Shown here one piece after another: positions 18,057 through 28,016 of a DNA stretch of 64,000 nucleotides. The stretch lies in NCBI GenBank assembly GCA_947598155.1, contig CANQFC010000005.1:81115-145114 (forward strand), in the 5' to 3' direction. The translations under genes and the position numbers were made by a program. The DNA comes from an uncultured Clostridia bacterium. GTDB lineage: Bacteria > Bacillota > Clostridia > Oscillospirales > Acutalibacteraceae. How positions within the stretch are numbered: position 1 is the stretch's first letter; each line of letters begins with the position of its first letter. Under the pieces are notes generated by a model, which saw only the letters and a program-made list of their open reading frames with translations, did not search any database and was not told the origin of the DNA.

Positions 18057-18194
18057 CTTAGGCAGGATGTTCACGTCTATATAGGCGGCAAGTTCCGTTT
18101 CGGAAACTGGAAAGCCTTTGGTTCTTTCTAATTCCTTCGCGCGGATGTTTCCGCGCTTTGCCGCGCAATTCACCGGGGCAAGCCCCATATTAAA
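18057..18194 (+). repeat. dispersed ~140-bp structured intergenic repeat, full-length copy
   Basis: Runs from CTTAGGCAGGATG...CTATATAGGCGG... to ...TTGCCGCGCAATTCACCGGGGCAAGCCCCATATTAAA, collinear with the units at 44641..45060. Confidence 0.75.
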
Positions 18195-18491
18195 TATGTA
18201 TGCTAAATGAGTACAATCTTTTTCGTTTTTCTATTGCAAAAAATGTAATTTATGTGTATAATTCCCATTTGGGAATGCGAAAGGATTGAAACGATGTAAA
18301 TTTTGAGGTTATATTAGCGGGGCAAACCCCTTATTGAACATAATTTATAAAATTTCGCCAGGCTACAAAGATGGCAATATGACTTGACACAAACTTAAAA
18401 ACATAATATAATAATAAAAATATATACACACTTTAAAATGAGTTTTTGTGTTTAAAAGCGGCTTATTTTTTGTTGGCAAAGGTTGTAATAT

Positions 18492-19760
18492 ATGAAAATC
18501 GAGAAATTCAAAAATAAAATTTGGCTGTCTACTCCGACAATGCACGGCGATGAGCTGGAATACATAAAGCAGGCTTACGAAACAAACTGGATGTCCACCG
18601 TCGGCGAGAACATAAACGAAGTTGAAAAGCAAATATCCGATTTTGTAGGATGCAAATATTCTGTTGCGCTTTCATCCGGAACGGCGGCTTTGCATCTTTG
18701 CGTAAAGCTTGCGGGCGAACGCCTGTATGGTATGCCCAAGCCGAATGAGGGCGCGCTTAAAGGGCATAAGGTGTTTTGTTCGGATATGACCTTTGACGCA
18801 ACGGTGAATCCGGTGGCCTACGAAAACGGCGAAGCGGTTTTCATTGATACAGAGTATGATACATGGAATATGGACCCTGAGGCTCTTGAAAAAGCTTTTG
18901 AGGTCTATCCCGATGTGCGCCTTGTTGTCATCGCCCATCTCTACGGTACGCCAGCTAAAATAGATGAAATCCGAGCTGTATGCAAAAGGCATAACGCTTT
19001 GCTTATTGAGGATGCGGCGGAATCCCTCGGCGCAACTTACAAGGGTCGGCAGACGGGCGCTTTCGGGGATTACAACGCAATTTCCTTTAACGGGAATAAG
19101 ATAATAACGGGCTCTTCGGGCGGAATGTTTCTGACCGACAGCAGGGAAGACGCGGAAAAGGTGCGCAAATGGTCCACCCAGAGCCGCGAGGCCGCGCCGT
19201 GGTATCAGCACGAGGAAATAGGCTACAACTACCGTATGAGCAACGTCATTGCCGGCGTGGTGCGCGGGCAGATTCCGCATTTAAAGGAGCATATCGCGCA
19301 GAAAAAGGCGATTTATGAGCGTTACAAAGAGGGCTTTAAGGATTTGCCCGTAACCATGAACCCGATCAGCCCCGACAGCGAGCCGAACTTTTGGCTGAGC
19401 TGTCTGATAATAAACCCCGAGGCGATGTGCAGGCAGGTTCGCGGGGACAGCGACGTGGCGTATATAAAGGAACCGGGCAAAACCTGCCCGACGGAAATTT
19501 TGGAAACTCTCTCTTGGTACAATGCCGAGGGAAGACCTATTTGGAAGCCGATGCATCTTCAGCCGATTTACCGAATGAATGCGTTCATCACAAAAGATGG
19601 CAACGGGCGGGCGAACAGCAACGCGTATATTGCGGGCGATAAGCCGACCGATGTGGGCGCGGACATCTTCCAGAGAGGTCTCTGCCTTCCAAGCGACAAT
19701 AAAATGAGCGAAGAAGAGCAGGCCGCTGTTATTGAAATAGTCAAAAAATGTTTTGAGTGA
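18492..19760 (+). CDS. DegT/DnrJ/EryC1/StrS-family sugar aminotransferase (EpsN/PglE-like)
   Basis: N-terminal IWLSTPTMHGDELEYIKQAYETNWMS, SSGTAALHL and NGNKIITGSSGGM (PLP-Lys region). Confidence 0.85.
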   Translation: MKIEKFKNKIWLSTPTMHGDELEYIKQAYETNWMSTVGENINEVEKQISDFVGCKYSVALSSGTAALHLCVKLAGERLYGMPKPNEGALKGHKVFCSDMTFDATVNPVAYENGEAVFIDTEYDTWNMDPEALEKAFEVYPDVRLVVIAHLYGTPAKIDEIRAVCKRHNALLIEDAAESLGATYKGRQTGAFGDYNAISFNGNKIITGSSGGMFLTDSREDAEKVRKWSTQSREAAPWYQHEEIGYNYRMSNVIAGVVRGQIPHLKEHIAQKKAIYERYKEGFKDLPVTMNPISPDSEPNFWLSCLIINPEAMCRQVRGDSDVAYIKEPGKTCPTEILETLSWYNAEGRPIWKPMHLQPIYRMNAFITKDGNGRANSNAYIAGDKPTDVGADIFQRGLCLPSDNKMSEEEQAAVIEIVKKCFE

Positions 19761-19768
19761 GGAAAACA

Positions 19769-20437
19769 ATGAATAGTTTACATAAACCGCAGGGTTTGTA
19801 TAAAAATTATTTTAAGCGCATTTTAGATTTTACCTTATCATTGGTGGCGCTTGTTATTCTGTCTCCGTTGCTTTTGATTTTAACGCTTGTCGGAGCTGTT
19901 GTAATGAGGGGAAATCCGTTTTTTGTTCAGAAGCGCCCCGGTATGATTGATAAGAAAACCGGGCAAGAAAAAATTTTCAGCCTGATTAAATTCAGAACCA
20001 TGTCCAATGCTAAGGATAAAAACGGAAATTTGCTTCCCGATGAGAAGCGGTTAACCGCTTACGGCAAGTTTTTAAGGTCAACATCCTGCGACGAATTATT
20101 GGAACTGATAAATATTTTAAAGGGAGATATGTCAATAGTAGGCCCGAGGCCTCTTTTAATTGAATACCTCCCGTATTATACTCCGGAGGAACGAGAAAGG
20201 CATAATGTAAGACCCGGTCTTACGGGCTTGGCGCAGATTAACGGAAGAAATTATCTTATGTGGAATCAGAGGCTTGCCTTAGATGTTACCTATGCACAGA
20301 ATGTGACCTTGGCAAACGATATAAAAATCATATTCAATACCTTTATTAAAGTCATCAAGCGCTCAGATATATCCGAAAAAAGAATTACTCCGCTGAACGT
20401 GGAAAGAACTCAAAAGGAGAGTGCAACTCAATCATGA
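19769..20437 (+). CDS. small bacterial sugar transferase (initiating phosphoglycosyl transferase, EpsL/PglC-like)
   Basis: Re-entrant helix LSLVALVILSPLLL, KFRTM, and DELLELINILKGDMSIVGPRP motifs. Confidence 0.85.
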   Translation: MNSLHKPQGLYKNYFKRILDFTLSLVALVILSPLLLILTLVGAVVMRGNPFFVQKRPGMIDKKTGQEKIFSLIKFRTMSNAKDKNGNLLPDEKRLTAYGKFLRSTSCDELLELINILKGDMSIVGPRPLLIEYLPYYTPEERERHNVRPGLTGLAQINGRNYLMWNQRLALDVTYAQNVTLANDIKIIFNTFIKVIKRSDISEKRITPLNVERTQKESATQS

Positions 20438-21591
20438 TATTTGCAAAAGAAGTAGGCGAATCTTTGACATATAAATTTGCCCAGGCAGCAAATGAGATGA
20501 AAGCACAGGGTAAGGAAATTATTTCTCTGGGTCTTGGAGAACCGGATTTTAAAACACCTGATTATGTTTTGGACGCTACCGTGAAAGCGATGAACGGCGG
20601 CTTTACACATTATTCGGCAACTCAGGGCTTGCCGGAGCTTAGAAAATTGATAGCCGACAGCTGCAACAAGGCTTACGGCTCGGATTATACCGTCAACGAT
20701 GTAATTGTTACTCCGGGAATTAAGGCGGCGGTTTATTTTGCGCTGGCGGCGGTTTTGGAGCCCGACGATGAGGTTATTCTTATCTCTCCCTATTATGTAA
20801 GCTATCCCGCAATGGTTAAGCTTGCAGAGCCTACTGCAAAAATCGTAAATGTGACTTTGAGGGAAGATTTTACTTTGGACAGGGAAATGTTGAAGGCCGC
20901 CTTCAACAAGCGCACCAAGGCAATTTTGGTTAATTCTCCGAATAATCCTACCGGAACGGTGCTTTCCAAAGAAGAAGTCGAATTGATTATCGCTCTTGCC
21001 GAGGAAAACGATGCTTATATCATTTCGGACGAGGTTTACGAGAAACTGATATACAGCGGATATACGCATACAAGCTTCGGATTGTACGGCAATATAAAGA
21101 ACAGGCTTGTTATCTGCAACGGTTACAGCAAATCTCACGCTATGACCGGTTGGAGGCTCGGTTATGCCATAGGGGCAAACAGTATTATTGCAAAAATGAA
21201 CAAGCTTCAGCAGCATATAAACACTAACACTTGCACTTTTATTCAAAAGGGAGCCTGCGCTATTTATCAAAACGAGGCTTCGCATATAGCCGGGTATGTG
21301 AGCGAGCTTGAAAAAAGAATAGGATTTTTTGATACAGAGCTTAATAAGCTGGATTATTTCGCAGGCATAAAGCCAAAAGCCGGATTTTTTTACTTTGCGG
21401 ATATTTCCGCGGCAGGCGTTGATTCCAATACTTTCTGCGCCGATTTATTGAAAAAAACAGGTATAGCGTCAACTCCGGGCATAGCTTTCGGGCCTGAATG
21501 GGACAGATATGTCAGGTTTTCTTTCGCCGTGCCTATGTCAACATTGGAACGTGCAATAGGATTGATGAAGAATTACAAATACGGGAAGTAA
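20434..21591 (+). CDS. class I/II (aspartate-type) PLP aminotransferase
   Basis: SLGLGEPDF, NSPNNPTG and YSKSHAMTGWRLGY motifs. The ATGA overlaps the previous gene. Confidence 0.8.
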   Translation: MIFAKEVGESLTYKFAQAANEMKAQGKEIISLGLGEPDFKTPDYVLDATVKAMNGGFTHYSATQGLPELRKLIADSCNKAYGSDYTVNDVIVTPGIKAAVYFALAAVLEPDDEVILISPYYVSYPAMVKLAEPTAKIVNVTLREDFTLDREMLKAAFNKRTKAILVNSPNNPTGTVLSKEEVELIIALAEENDAYIISDEVYEKLIYSGYTHTSFGLYGNIKNRLVICNGYSKSHAMTGWRLGYAIGANSIIAKMNKLQQHINTNTCTFIQKGACAIYQNEASHIAGYVSELEKRIGFFDTELNKLDYFAGIKPKAGFFYFADISAAGVDSNTFCADLLKKTGIASTPGIAFGPEWDRYVRFSFAVPMSTLERAIGLMKNYKYGK

Positions 21592-21609
21592 AGGCAGGCT
21601 TTAAGGCAA

Positions 21610-22608
21610 ATGGTAAAGATTGTTTTAACAAGAAGTATGGTACCCGGCGACATTCAATACATAAAGGACGGGCTTGATAAAGAGATAGCCGGAATGTATG
21701 AATTTGTTGTACCCGGAGAGTTTACTGAGCAAAAAATATGCGAAGCGGCAGAGGACGCCGAAATTTTACTCGGGCCGTATGTCACAAGGACAATCCTTGA
21801 AAATGCAAAAAAGCTTAAACTTATACAAGTCCCGTGGACGGGAATGGATACGTTCGATTTTGAAGCGGTAAAAGGCTTTAACGTGCCCGTCTGTAACACT
21901 CACAGCAATGCCGATTCCGTTGCGGAGCTCGGCGTTACGCTTTTACTCGATTTACTCAAAAAGGTGTCGTACCACGACAGAAAAATGAGAAATGGTAACT
22001 GGAACAGAGATCAAAAGCCGCTGAATCTTAAGTCAAAAATGCTTTCGGAGCAAACCGTATGCGTGCTCGGCTTTGGGAATATAGGCTCAAAAGTAGGCAA
22101 ATTGATCTCCGCTTTCGGCGCTGAGGTTATAGCGGTTGACGACAGGGCGAAGGCGGGCGAAACGGTGAAACATGCGTTCTCAAACGCTCAAATCGACGAT
22201 GCGCTTAAAATTGCGGACGCGGTTATCTGCACTTTGCCGCTTACCGCCGGAACTAAAGGAATGATAAATACAGACAAATTTGCCGTGATGAAGGACGGCG
22301 CCGTGTTTGTAAATATATCGAGGGCGGCGGTCGTTGACGAGGACGCGGCTTGGGCTGCGCTTGAAAGCGGAAAGCTCGGGGGTTTCGCCTCCGACGTATG
22401 GTGGAACGCCCCAAAGAGAGGGGAAAGCGAAAGCTATCCGTCAACTTTACACGAATGGTGGAAACGCGACAATGTTGCGATGTCGCCGCACCGAGCCGGC
22501 TTTGTAGAGGGGAGCTTACCACATTTAGATGGGGCAATAGAGAATATCATTAGATGCGCTGAAAATAATCAATTGAAAAACATAGTGGATACCGTTGAAT
22601 CATTTTGA
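21610..22608 (+). CDS. D-isomer-specific 2-hydroxyacid dehydrogenase family protein
   Basis: NAD fold VCVLGFGNIGSKVGKL....AVD and a C-terminal SPH motif. Confidence 0.75.
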   Translation: MVKIVLTRSMVPGDIQYIKDGLDKEIAGMYEFVVPGEFTEQKICEAAEDAEILLGPYVTRTILENAKKLKLIQVPWTGMDTFDFEAVKGFNVPVCNTHSNADSVAELGVTLLLDLLKKVSYHDRKMRNGNWNRDQKPLNLKSKMLSEQTVCVLGFGNIGSKVGKLISAFGAEVIAVDDRAKAGETVKHAFSNAQIDDALKIADAVICTLPLTAGTKGMINTDKFAVMKDGAVFVNISRAAVVDEDAAWAALESGKLGGFASDVWWNAPKRGESESYPSTLHEWWKRDNVAMSPHRAGFVEGSLPHLDGAIENIIRCAENNQLKNIVDTVESF

Positions 22609-22665
22609 TACTTAAAATTTTTTCTTATAAATTTCTTATAAAAACAATAGCTTTGAGGTGAGATT

Positions 22666-23748
22666 GTGAATATTCTTGTGTTATATAAAGACAGCGCAAA
22701 AGGCGGGCTTATAAATCACACCAAAATGATAGTTAACGGCTTAAAAAAGCGGAATTTTTCAGTAGTTATAGCCGGACCAAACGGCACGGGAACACAGGAA
22801 TTGCAAAAGGAAAACGGCGCTAACATTATAGATTTTTCAGTTAAAAATCCTATTAAAATAATACGAAAATTAAATAAGATTATTAAGAATGAGCATATTG
22901 ATATTATTCATGCTCAAAACAGAATCCCAGCATTTTATGCAGATATAGTGTGCAAGCTTCACAAAAACGTTTCTTACGTTTGGGCTAATGATCAAGTGCC
23001 GATACCACATGATTTTTTCCATAGAATTAGTACAAAATACGGACAGATGGCAATTACATGTTCGGTTGACGGATATAAAATGTTAAAAGATGATTTTCAC
23101 ATACCCAAAGATAAAATAAAAGTTGTAAATATTGGTGTAAACGAAAAATTTTTCACCCCTTTATCTGATAGTGAAAAATCAGAAATCAGAAAAAGATACA
23201 ATATAGGGGACAACGAAAAAATTATTTTACTATACGGTAGACTTGCGGAAAGTAAAGGACATATGTTCTTTTTGAAAGCGTTATCTAAGGTAAAGTCAAA
23301 TGATAAATATAAGGTGTTGTTCCCGGGAGATGGTTCTGACGAATATAAAAGAGCGCTTGTATCATTTTCTGAAAAACATGGACTGAAAGACAGAATAGTG
23401 TTTACCGGATTTGCAGATGGATATGAACTTCTATCAATTTCTGATTTAATGGTTTTGCCAAGCAGTCATGAAGGCTATTCAATAGCTTGTATTGAAGCGC
23501 TTTGTATGGGCGTTCCGGTAATCAGAACCAAAACTGGGGGCTATGAAGAAACAAAAGAGTATTGCACCGGGGTAGATTACGATGATGTGGAAGCTTTATC
23601 TTCTGAAATTGAGTTGTTCTTTTCCGGGAACAAAAAATTCCAAGAAAAAGCACAAAAAGCGCTTTTAAACAGAGAAAAATTCGGTGAAGATACTATGATT
23701 GATCAATATGTTGAAATATATCAAGGAATAATGAATAAGGCGCATTAA
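22666..23748 (+). CDS. family 4 glycosyltransferase
   Basis: GT-B C-terminal pattern LPSSHEGYSIACIEALCMGVPVI. AT-rich. Confidence 0.75.
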   Translation: MNILVLYKDSAKGGLINHTKMIVNGLKKRNFSVVIAGPNGTGTQELQKENGANIIDFSVKNPIKIIRKLNKIIKNEHIDIIHAQNRIPAFYADIVCKLHKNVSYVWANDQVPIPHDFFHRISTKYGQMAITCSVDGYKMLKDDFHIPKDKIKVVNIGVNEKFFTPLSDSEKSEIRKRYNIGDNEKIILLYGRLAESKGHMFFLKALSKVKSNDKYKVLFPGDGSDEYKRALVSFSEKHGLKDRIVFTGFADGYELLSISDLMVLPSSHEGYSIACIEALCMGVPVIRTKTGGYEETKEYCTGVDYDDVEALSSEIELFFSGNKKFQEKAQKALLNREKFGEDTMIDQYVEIYQGIMNKAH

Positions 23749-23804
23749 ATGTAGTTATTCTTAAAGATAATCGAGTGTTTTGAAGTTTTTATCTATGTTA
23801 AACA

Positions 23805-25121
23805 ATGAGGTGGAAAATGCCGATTCATGATATAAAGGACTTGTCAAATTGGATAATAATGCGCAATACTTCTGCCCATGTCCGTATAACAAAAACAACG
23901 CTTGACGCTTGCTTTCCGTGGTATTACAGTGAAGAAAACGGAGAAATTCGTAATCCGTCAGGAAGTTTTTTTACAATTAAAGGAGTTGTGTGTTCTGACG
24001 GTATTGAGCAACCCATTATACTGCAAAATGAAATCGGCTATCTCGGCATCATTAGAAAGCTGTTTGGCGGGGAGATGCACTACCTTATGCAGGCTAAAAT
24101 CGAGCCGGGGAATATCAATAAAATTCAGCTTTCACCGACGATTCAGGCGACAAAGTCTAACTTTATGCAAAAGCACGGTGGCGCAAAACCCGCTTACCTC
24201 GACTACTTCATAAATGCGGAGAAATACAGAATTGTTGTTGACCAGCTCCAGTCCGAGCAGTCATCGCGTTTTCTTGGAAAGCGCAACCGCAACATCATAA
24301 TCGAGCTCGGCGAAAAAGACGACATTGAAGTTTTGCCCTCGCATATGTGGATGACGATGGGGCAAATCAAAGAATTGATGCGTGTGAACAACATTGTCAA
24401 TATGGACACTCGCACGGTGCTGTCCTGCCTACCGCTTGAGGGAGAGCTTGGAGACATCACTGATTCCGCGCTGTACCGTTCGGTGCGGGGAGAGCGGGAA
24501 AGCAATCTGTCCGAAATATATAGGTACATAAATAATTACAAGATGTTTGACGAAATCGACCATCAACTTGTTCCTCTCTTTTCGCTTAAAAACTGGGAAA
24601 TGAGAAACGGAGAATTTGTTTGCAAAGAGCCATACGGCTTTAAGGTCGTGTTCTGTGATATAGAGATTGAAGGCCGCGAGGTTAAGCACTGGTGCCAGCC
24701 GCTTTTCGAGGCTGCGGGAATTGCCACGTTCGGGCTTTTAACCCGTGTAAACCGAGGTGTCCGTGAATTTCTCGTTCGTGCCACGCCTGAGGTAGGGTGT
24801 TTTGATAAAATCGAGCTTGGCCCTTCGGTGCAGCGCGAGTGCATACATAATGAAAAAAACAACACCGCTGTAGACAAGATTTTTAATGCTCATTTGAAAA
24901 CAGGCCAGGGTGTGAAATTCGATACGCTACTTTCAGAGGAAGGCGGTCGGTTCTATCACGAGCAGAACAGAAATATTTTGATTGAGGTCGACGCGGATGA
25001 GCTGCCAAATCCACCGGACGGTTACTTTTGGACTGATTACAGGACGCTTGGCACGCTTATTAAGGTCAACAATTGCCTTAATATACAACTCAGAAATTTG
25101 CTTTCAGTATTGGAGTGGTGA
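23805..25121 (+). CDS. NDP-hexose 2,3-dehydratase (EvaA/TylX3-like)
   Basis: Two-lobed Nudix-like architecture. The segment YLMQAKIEPGNINKIQLSPTIQATKSNF is characteristic of the Hexose_dehydrat family. Confidence 0.75.
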   Translation: MRWKMPIHDIKDLSNWIIMRNTSAHVRITKTTLDACFPWYYSEENGEIRNPSGSFFTIKGVVCSDGIEQPIILQNEIGYLGIIRKLFGGEMHYLMQAKIEPGNINKIQLSPTIQATKSNFMQKHGGAKPAYLDYFINAEKYRIVVDQLQSEQSSRFLGKRNRNIIIELGEKDDIEVLPSHMWMTMGQIKELMRVNNIVNMDTRTVLSCLPLEGELGDITDSALYRSVRGERESNLSEIYRYINNYKMFDEIDHQLVPLFSLKNWEMRNGEFVCKEPYGFKVVFCDIEIEGREVKHWCQPLFEAAGIATFGLLTRVNRGVREFLVRATPEVGCFDKIELGPSVQRECIHNEKNNTAVDKIFNAHLKTGQGVKFDTLLSEEGGRFYHEQNRNILIEVDADELPNPPDGYFWTDYRTLGTLIKVNNCLNIQLRNLLSVLEW

Positions 25122-26131
25122 CCGTGGAAAAAGTAAAAATAGGAATTATCTGCCCGTCGGAGATTGCGTTCAGGCGTTTTATGCCGGCAATACAAAAACT
25201 TGACTGCGCTGAATACGTCGGCGTTGCCCACGCAAGCGAAAAGGAATGGTTCGGCAACTGTCTTCCCGACGCCACTGTAATTCAAAATGAAGAAAAAAAA
25301 GCCAAGTCCTTTGCCGATACCTACGGCGGGAAGATATATGACAGTTACGAAGTACTCCTGTCGTCATCGGACGTTGACGCAGTCTACGTCCCGCTCCCTC
25401 CGGCGCTCCATTTTAAATGGGCAAAATCCGCACTCAAGCAAGGCAAGCACATTTTTCTTGAAAAACCGTCAACAACATCAGAGGCGGACACGAAAGAGCT
25501 ACTTGAGCTTGCCGCGCAGAAAAATCTTGCTGTTCACGAGAACTATATGTTCGCGTTCCATAAACAAATTGAGGAAATTCAGGACATAATCGCAAGCGGC
25601 AGAATTGGCGATGTCAGACTTTACAGAATCGCTTTCGGCTTTCCCCAGCGGGCAAAAAACGATTTCCGCTATAATAAGGCTCTTGGTGGCGGCGCACTTC
25701 TCGACTGCGGTGGGTACACCGTTAAGTTAGCCACTATGCTCCTCGGTGATACGGCGAAGCTTATGTATTCTCAGTTGAATCACACCACCGATTTTGATGT
25801 GGATATTTACGGCAGCGCGGCAATGGTGAATGATTTTGGGACGACCGCACAGCTTTCGTTCGGTATGGACAACAGCTACAAATGCGAGTTGGAAGTCTGG
25901 GGAAGCAAGGGCTTTCTGCGCACCGGTAGAATCCTAACAGCGCCGGACGGCTTTGTGCCGACTGCAGAGATTACGGTTGGGAACGAAACCAAGACGGTAA
26001 CCCTGTCCGCCGATGACACGTTTGGAAAGTCGATTGAACATTTCTGCAAGTGTGTGTGTAATTATGAAACGAGAGAAGAAAACTACAAAAAGATACTAAA
26101 GCAGGCAAAACTTGTGGATGAAATCAAGTAA
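25115..26131 (+). CDS. Gfo/Idh/MocA-family oxidoreductase, candidate NDP-hexose 3-ketoreductase
   Basis: N-terminal Rossmann IGIICPSEIAFRRF and the EKP motif (FLEKPSTT). Overlaps the dehydratase gene by 7 nt. Confidence 0.65.
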   Translation: MVTVEKVKIGIICPSEIAFRRFMPAIQKLDCAEYVGVAHASEKEWFGNCLPDATVIQNEEKKAKSFADTYGGKIYDSYEVLLSSSDVDAVYVPLPPALHFKWAKSALKQGKHIFLEKPSTTSEADTKELLELAAQKNLAVHENYMFAFHKQIEEIQDIIASGRIGDVRLYRIAFGFPQRAKNDFRYNKALGGGALLDCGGYTVKLATMLLGDTAKLMYSQLNHTTDFDVDIYGSAAMVNDFGTTAQLSFGMDNSYKCELEVWGSKGFLRTGRILTAPDGFVPTAEITVGNETKTVTLSADDTFGKSIEHFCKCVCNYETREENYKKILKQAKLVDEIK

Positions 26132-26149
26132 GCAATAGGAGTTGAGCGT

Positions 26150-27052
26150 TTGAAAATTACGGTTGTGGGCGCAAACAGTTATATCGCAAGAAATCTGATT
26201 TTTGAAATAAAACAGCGTAAAATAAAAGCTGACCTTAAGCTGTATGACTATGCTGACAGTCAGACAGACGGAGAGCAAAATTATCAAAAAATAGATATTC
26301 TTGATCGAGATTCTGTATCCAAAATAGATTTTGACTGTGATATTATATATATGTTTGTGGGTAAAACAGGAACCATTACGGGGTTTGGAAACTATGAAGA
26401 ATTCATAGATATTAACGAAAAAGCGCTTTTGAATATACTTAATGAGTACAGAAATCAGCATTCGTCGGCTAAAATCATTTACCCTTCTACAAGACTTGTA
26501 TATAGAGGCGATGATATGCCTCTTAAAGAGGATGCGGTAAAAGAGTTTAAAACAATTTATGCAATCAATAAGTATGCCTGTGAGCAATATCTCAAAATAT
26601 TCCATAATTTTTTTGATGTGAAGTATTGTATATTCAGAATATGCGTTCCTTATGGCACTTTACTACCCGCGGCATCCTCATATGGTACGATAGGATTTAT
26701 GCTCAATAAGGCTAAAGCAAATCAGAATATTACTCTGTATGGCGACGGTAGCGCAAGACGTACATTTACATATATTAAAGATTTGTGCGACATTTTGATT
26801 GATGGCGCGCTGTCAGATAATTGTCTGAACGACGTCTACAACATCGGCGGTGAAAACAGAAGTCTGAAAGAGGTTGCGGAAATGATTGCAAAGAAATATG
26901 GCGTTGGAATAGATTATATTGATTATCCAAGTGAACAGCTAAAAATAGAATCAGGCGATACGGTATTTTGTGACGAAAAGTTAAAGCAGCGCTTGCGTGC
27001 AGACGCTGCTACCCCTGAAAATTTGCGGGGGGGGGGTATAACTATCAACTGA
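26150..27052 (+). CDS. NAD-dependent epimerase/dehydratase-family SDR; C-terminal tail crosses a G10 tract
   Basis: VVGANSYIARNL and the YAINK (YxxxK) motif. TTG start with AGGAG upstream. The last 9 codons include and follow the G-tract. Confidence 0.7.
   Translation: MKITVVGANSYIARNLIFEIKQRKIKADLKLYDYADSQTDGEQNYQKIDILDRDSVSKIDFDCDIIYMFVGKTGTITGFGNYEEFIDINEKALLNILNEYRNQHSSAKIIYPSTRLVYRGDDMPLKEDAVKEFKTIYAINKYACEQYLKIFHNFFDVKYCIFRICVPYGTLLPAASSYGTIGFMLNKAKANQNITLYGDGSARRTFTYIKDLCDILIDGALSDNCLNDVYNIGGENRSLKEVAEMIAKKYGVGIDYIDYPSEQLKIESGDTVFCDEKLKQRLRADAATPENLRGGGITIN
27027..27036. repeat. G10 homopolymer tract
   Basis: Counted directly; lies 15 nt before the stop of 26150..27052. Confidence 0.95.
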
Positions 27053-27083
27053 TTATATCTGCCGCAGAAAAGGCGGCGGCATA

Positions 27084-28016
27084 ATGAAAAAGGTGGTTAT
27101 AACCGGAGCCGGAGGATTCATCGGTGGAGCGCTGACAGAACTTCTTCTCGGAGAGGATATAACGGTTTACGGTGTTGATATTTCAGAAAAGGCGCTTGAA
27201 AGACATTGTGGGAGAAAAAATTTTATTCCTATTATTGCGGATTTTTCAAAGTATGTTGACTTACATAAAATGATTGAAGATCGTGATATTGAAGTTTTCT
27301 ACCACTTTGCATGGTCCGGAGGATTTGAAAAATCACTTGGTGATTATAAGCTTCAACTTGACAATGCCAAGGCGTGCGGCAATGCGATAACTGCGGCAAT
27401 ATCTCTTAGATGCCAAAAATTTGTCAATGCGGGTACATATAATCAGTTTGAAATTACTTCGATACTTAATTCCAACTTCGACTTTCTTAGGCCAACGTGC
27501 ATTTATTCGGTTGCAAAAACTGCGGCGCACATCATTTGCAAAACATTAGCTGTAAATAAAATAGAATACTGCGCCGGACTTATCCCGATGCCTTACGGAG
27601 AAAACAACCGCTCTATGCAGCTTCCTAATGTTTTGATGCTTTCGCTTCTTCGGGGTGTTTCGCCCAAATTGATAGAAGGAGATAATTGGTACGATATGGT
27701 TTACATATCGGATATAGCAAAGGCATTTGAAGCAATCGGGCGCAATGGCAAAAATGGTAGTGAATATTATATCGGTCACAGGGAGAAAAGAACTTTCAAG
27801 GAAATTGTAACTGAAATTAGAAATGTAATAGCACCGGAAGTTGAACTGAAATTCGGTGAATATAGTGAGCAAAAGATATTTGATGAATCTCTTATTGATT
27901 TTGATAAATTGTACAATGATACTGGATATGAATGTATTTCAAATTTTGATGAAACAGTAAAAAGAACAGCTGACTGGCTGCAATTTGATACAGTAATGAA
28001 GGAGAAAACAATATGA
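27084..28016 (+). CDS. NAD-dependent epimerase/dehydratase-family SDR
   Basis: [12 protein letters not shown] and YSVAK (YxxxK) motifs. Confidence 0.7.
   Translation: MKKVVITGAGGFIGGALTELLLGEDITVYGVDISEKALERHCGRKNFIPIIADFSKYVDLHKMIEDRDIEVFYHFAWSGGFEKSLGDYKLQLDNAKACGNAITAAISLRCQKFVNAGTYNQFEITSILNSNFDFLRPTCIYSVAKTAAHIICKTLAVNKIEYCAGLIPMPYGENNRSMQLPNVLMLSLLRGVSPKLIEGDNWYDMVYISDIAKAFEAIGRNGKNGSEYYIGHREKRTFKEIVTEIRNVIAPEVELKFGEYSEQKIFDESLIDFDKLYNDTGYECISNFDETVKRTADWLQFDTVMKEKTI

Noticed and set aside
18672-19769. 202-aa and 162-aa minus-strand ORFs
   Set aside because: They are antisense to the well-supported DegT-family aminotransferase gene, have an Arg-rich composition, and contain no recognisable motifs.
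20428-21285. 285-aa minus-strand ORF
   Set aside because: It is antisense to the class I/II aminotransferase, which has clear PLP motifs. There are no motifs or RBS on the minus strand.
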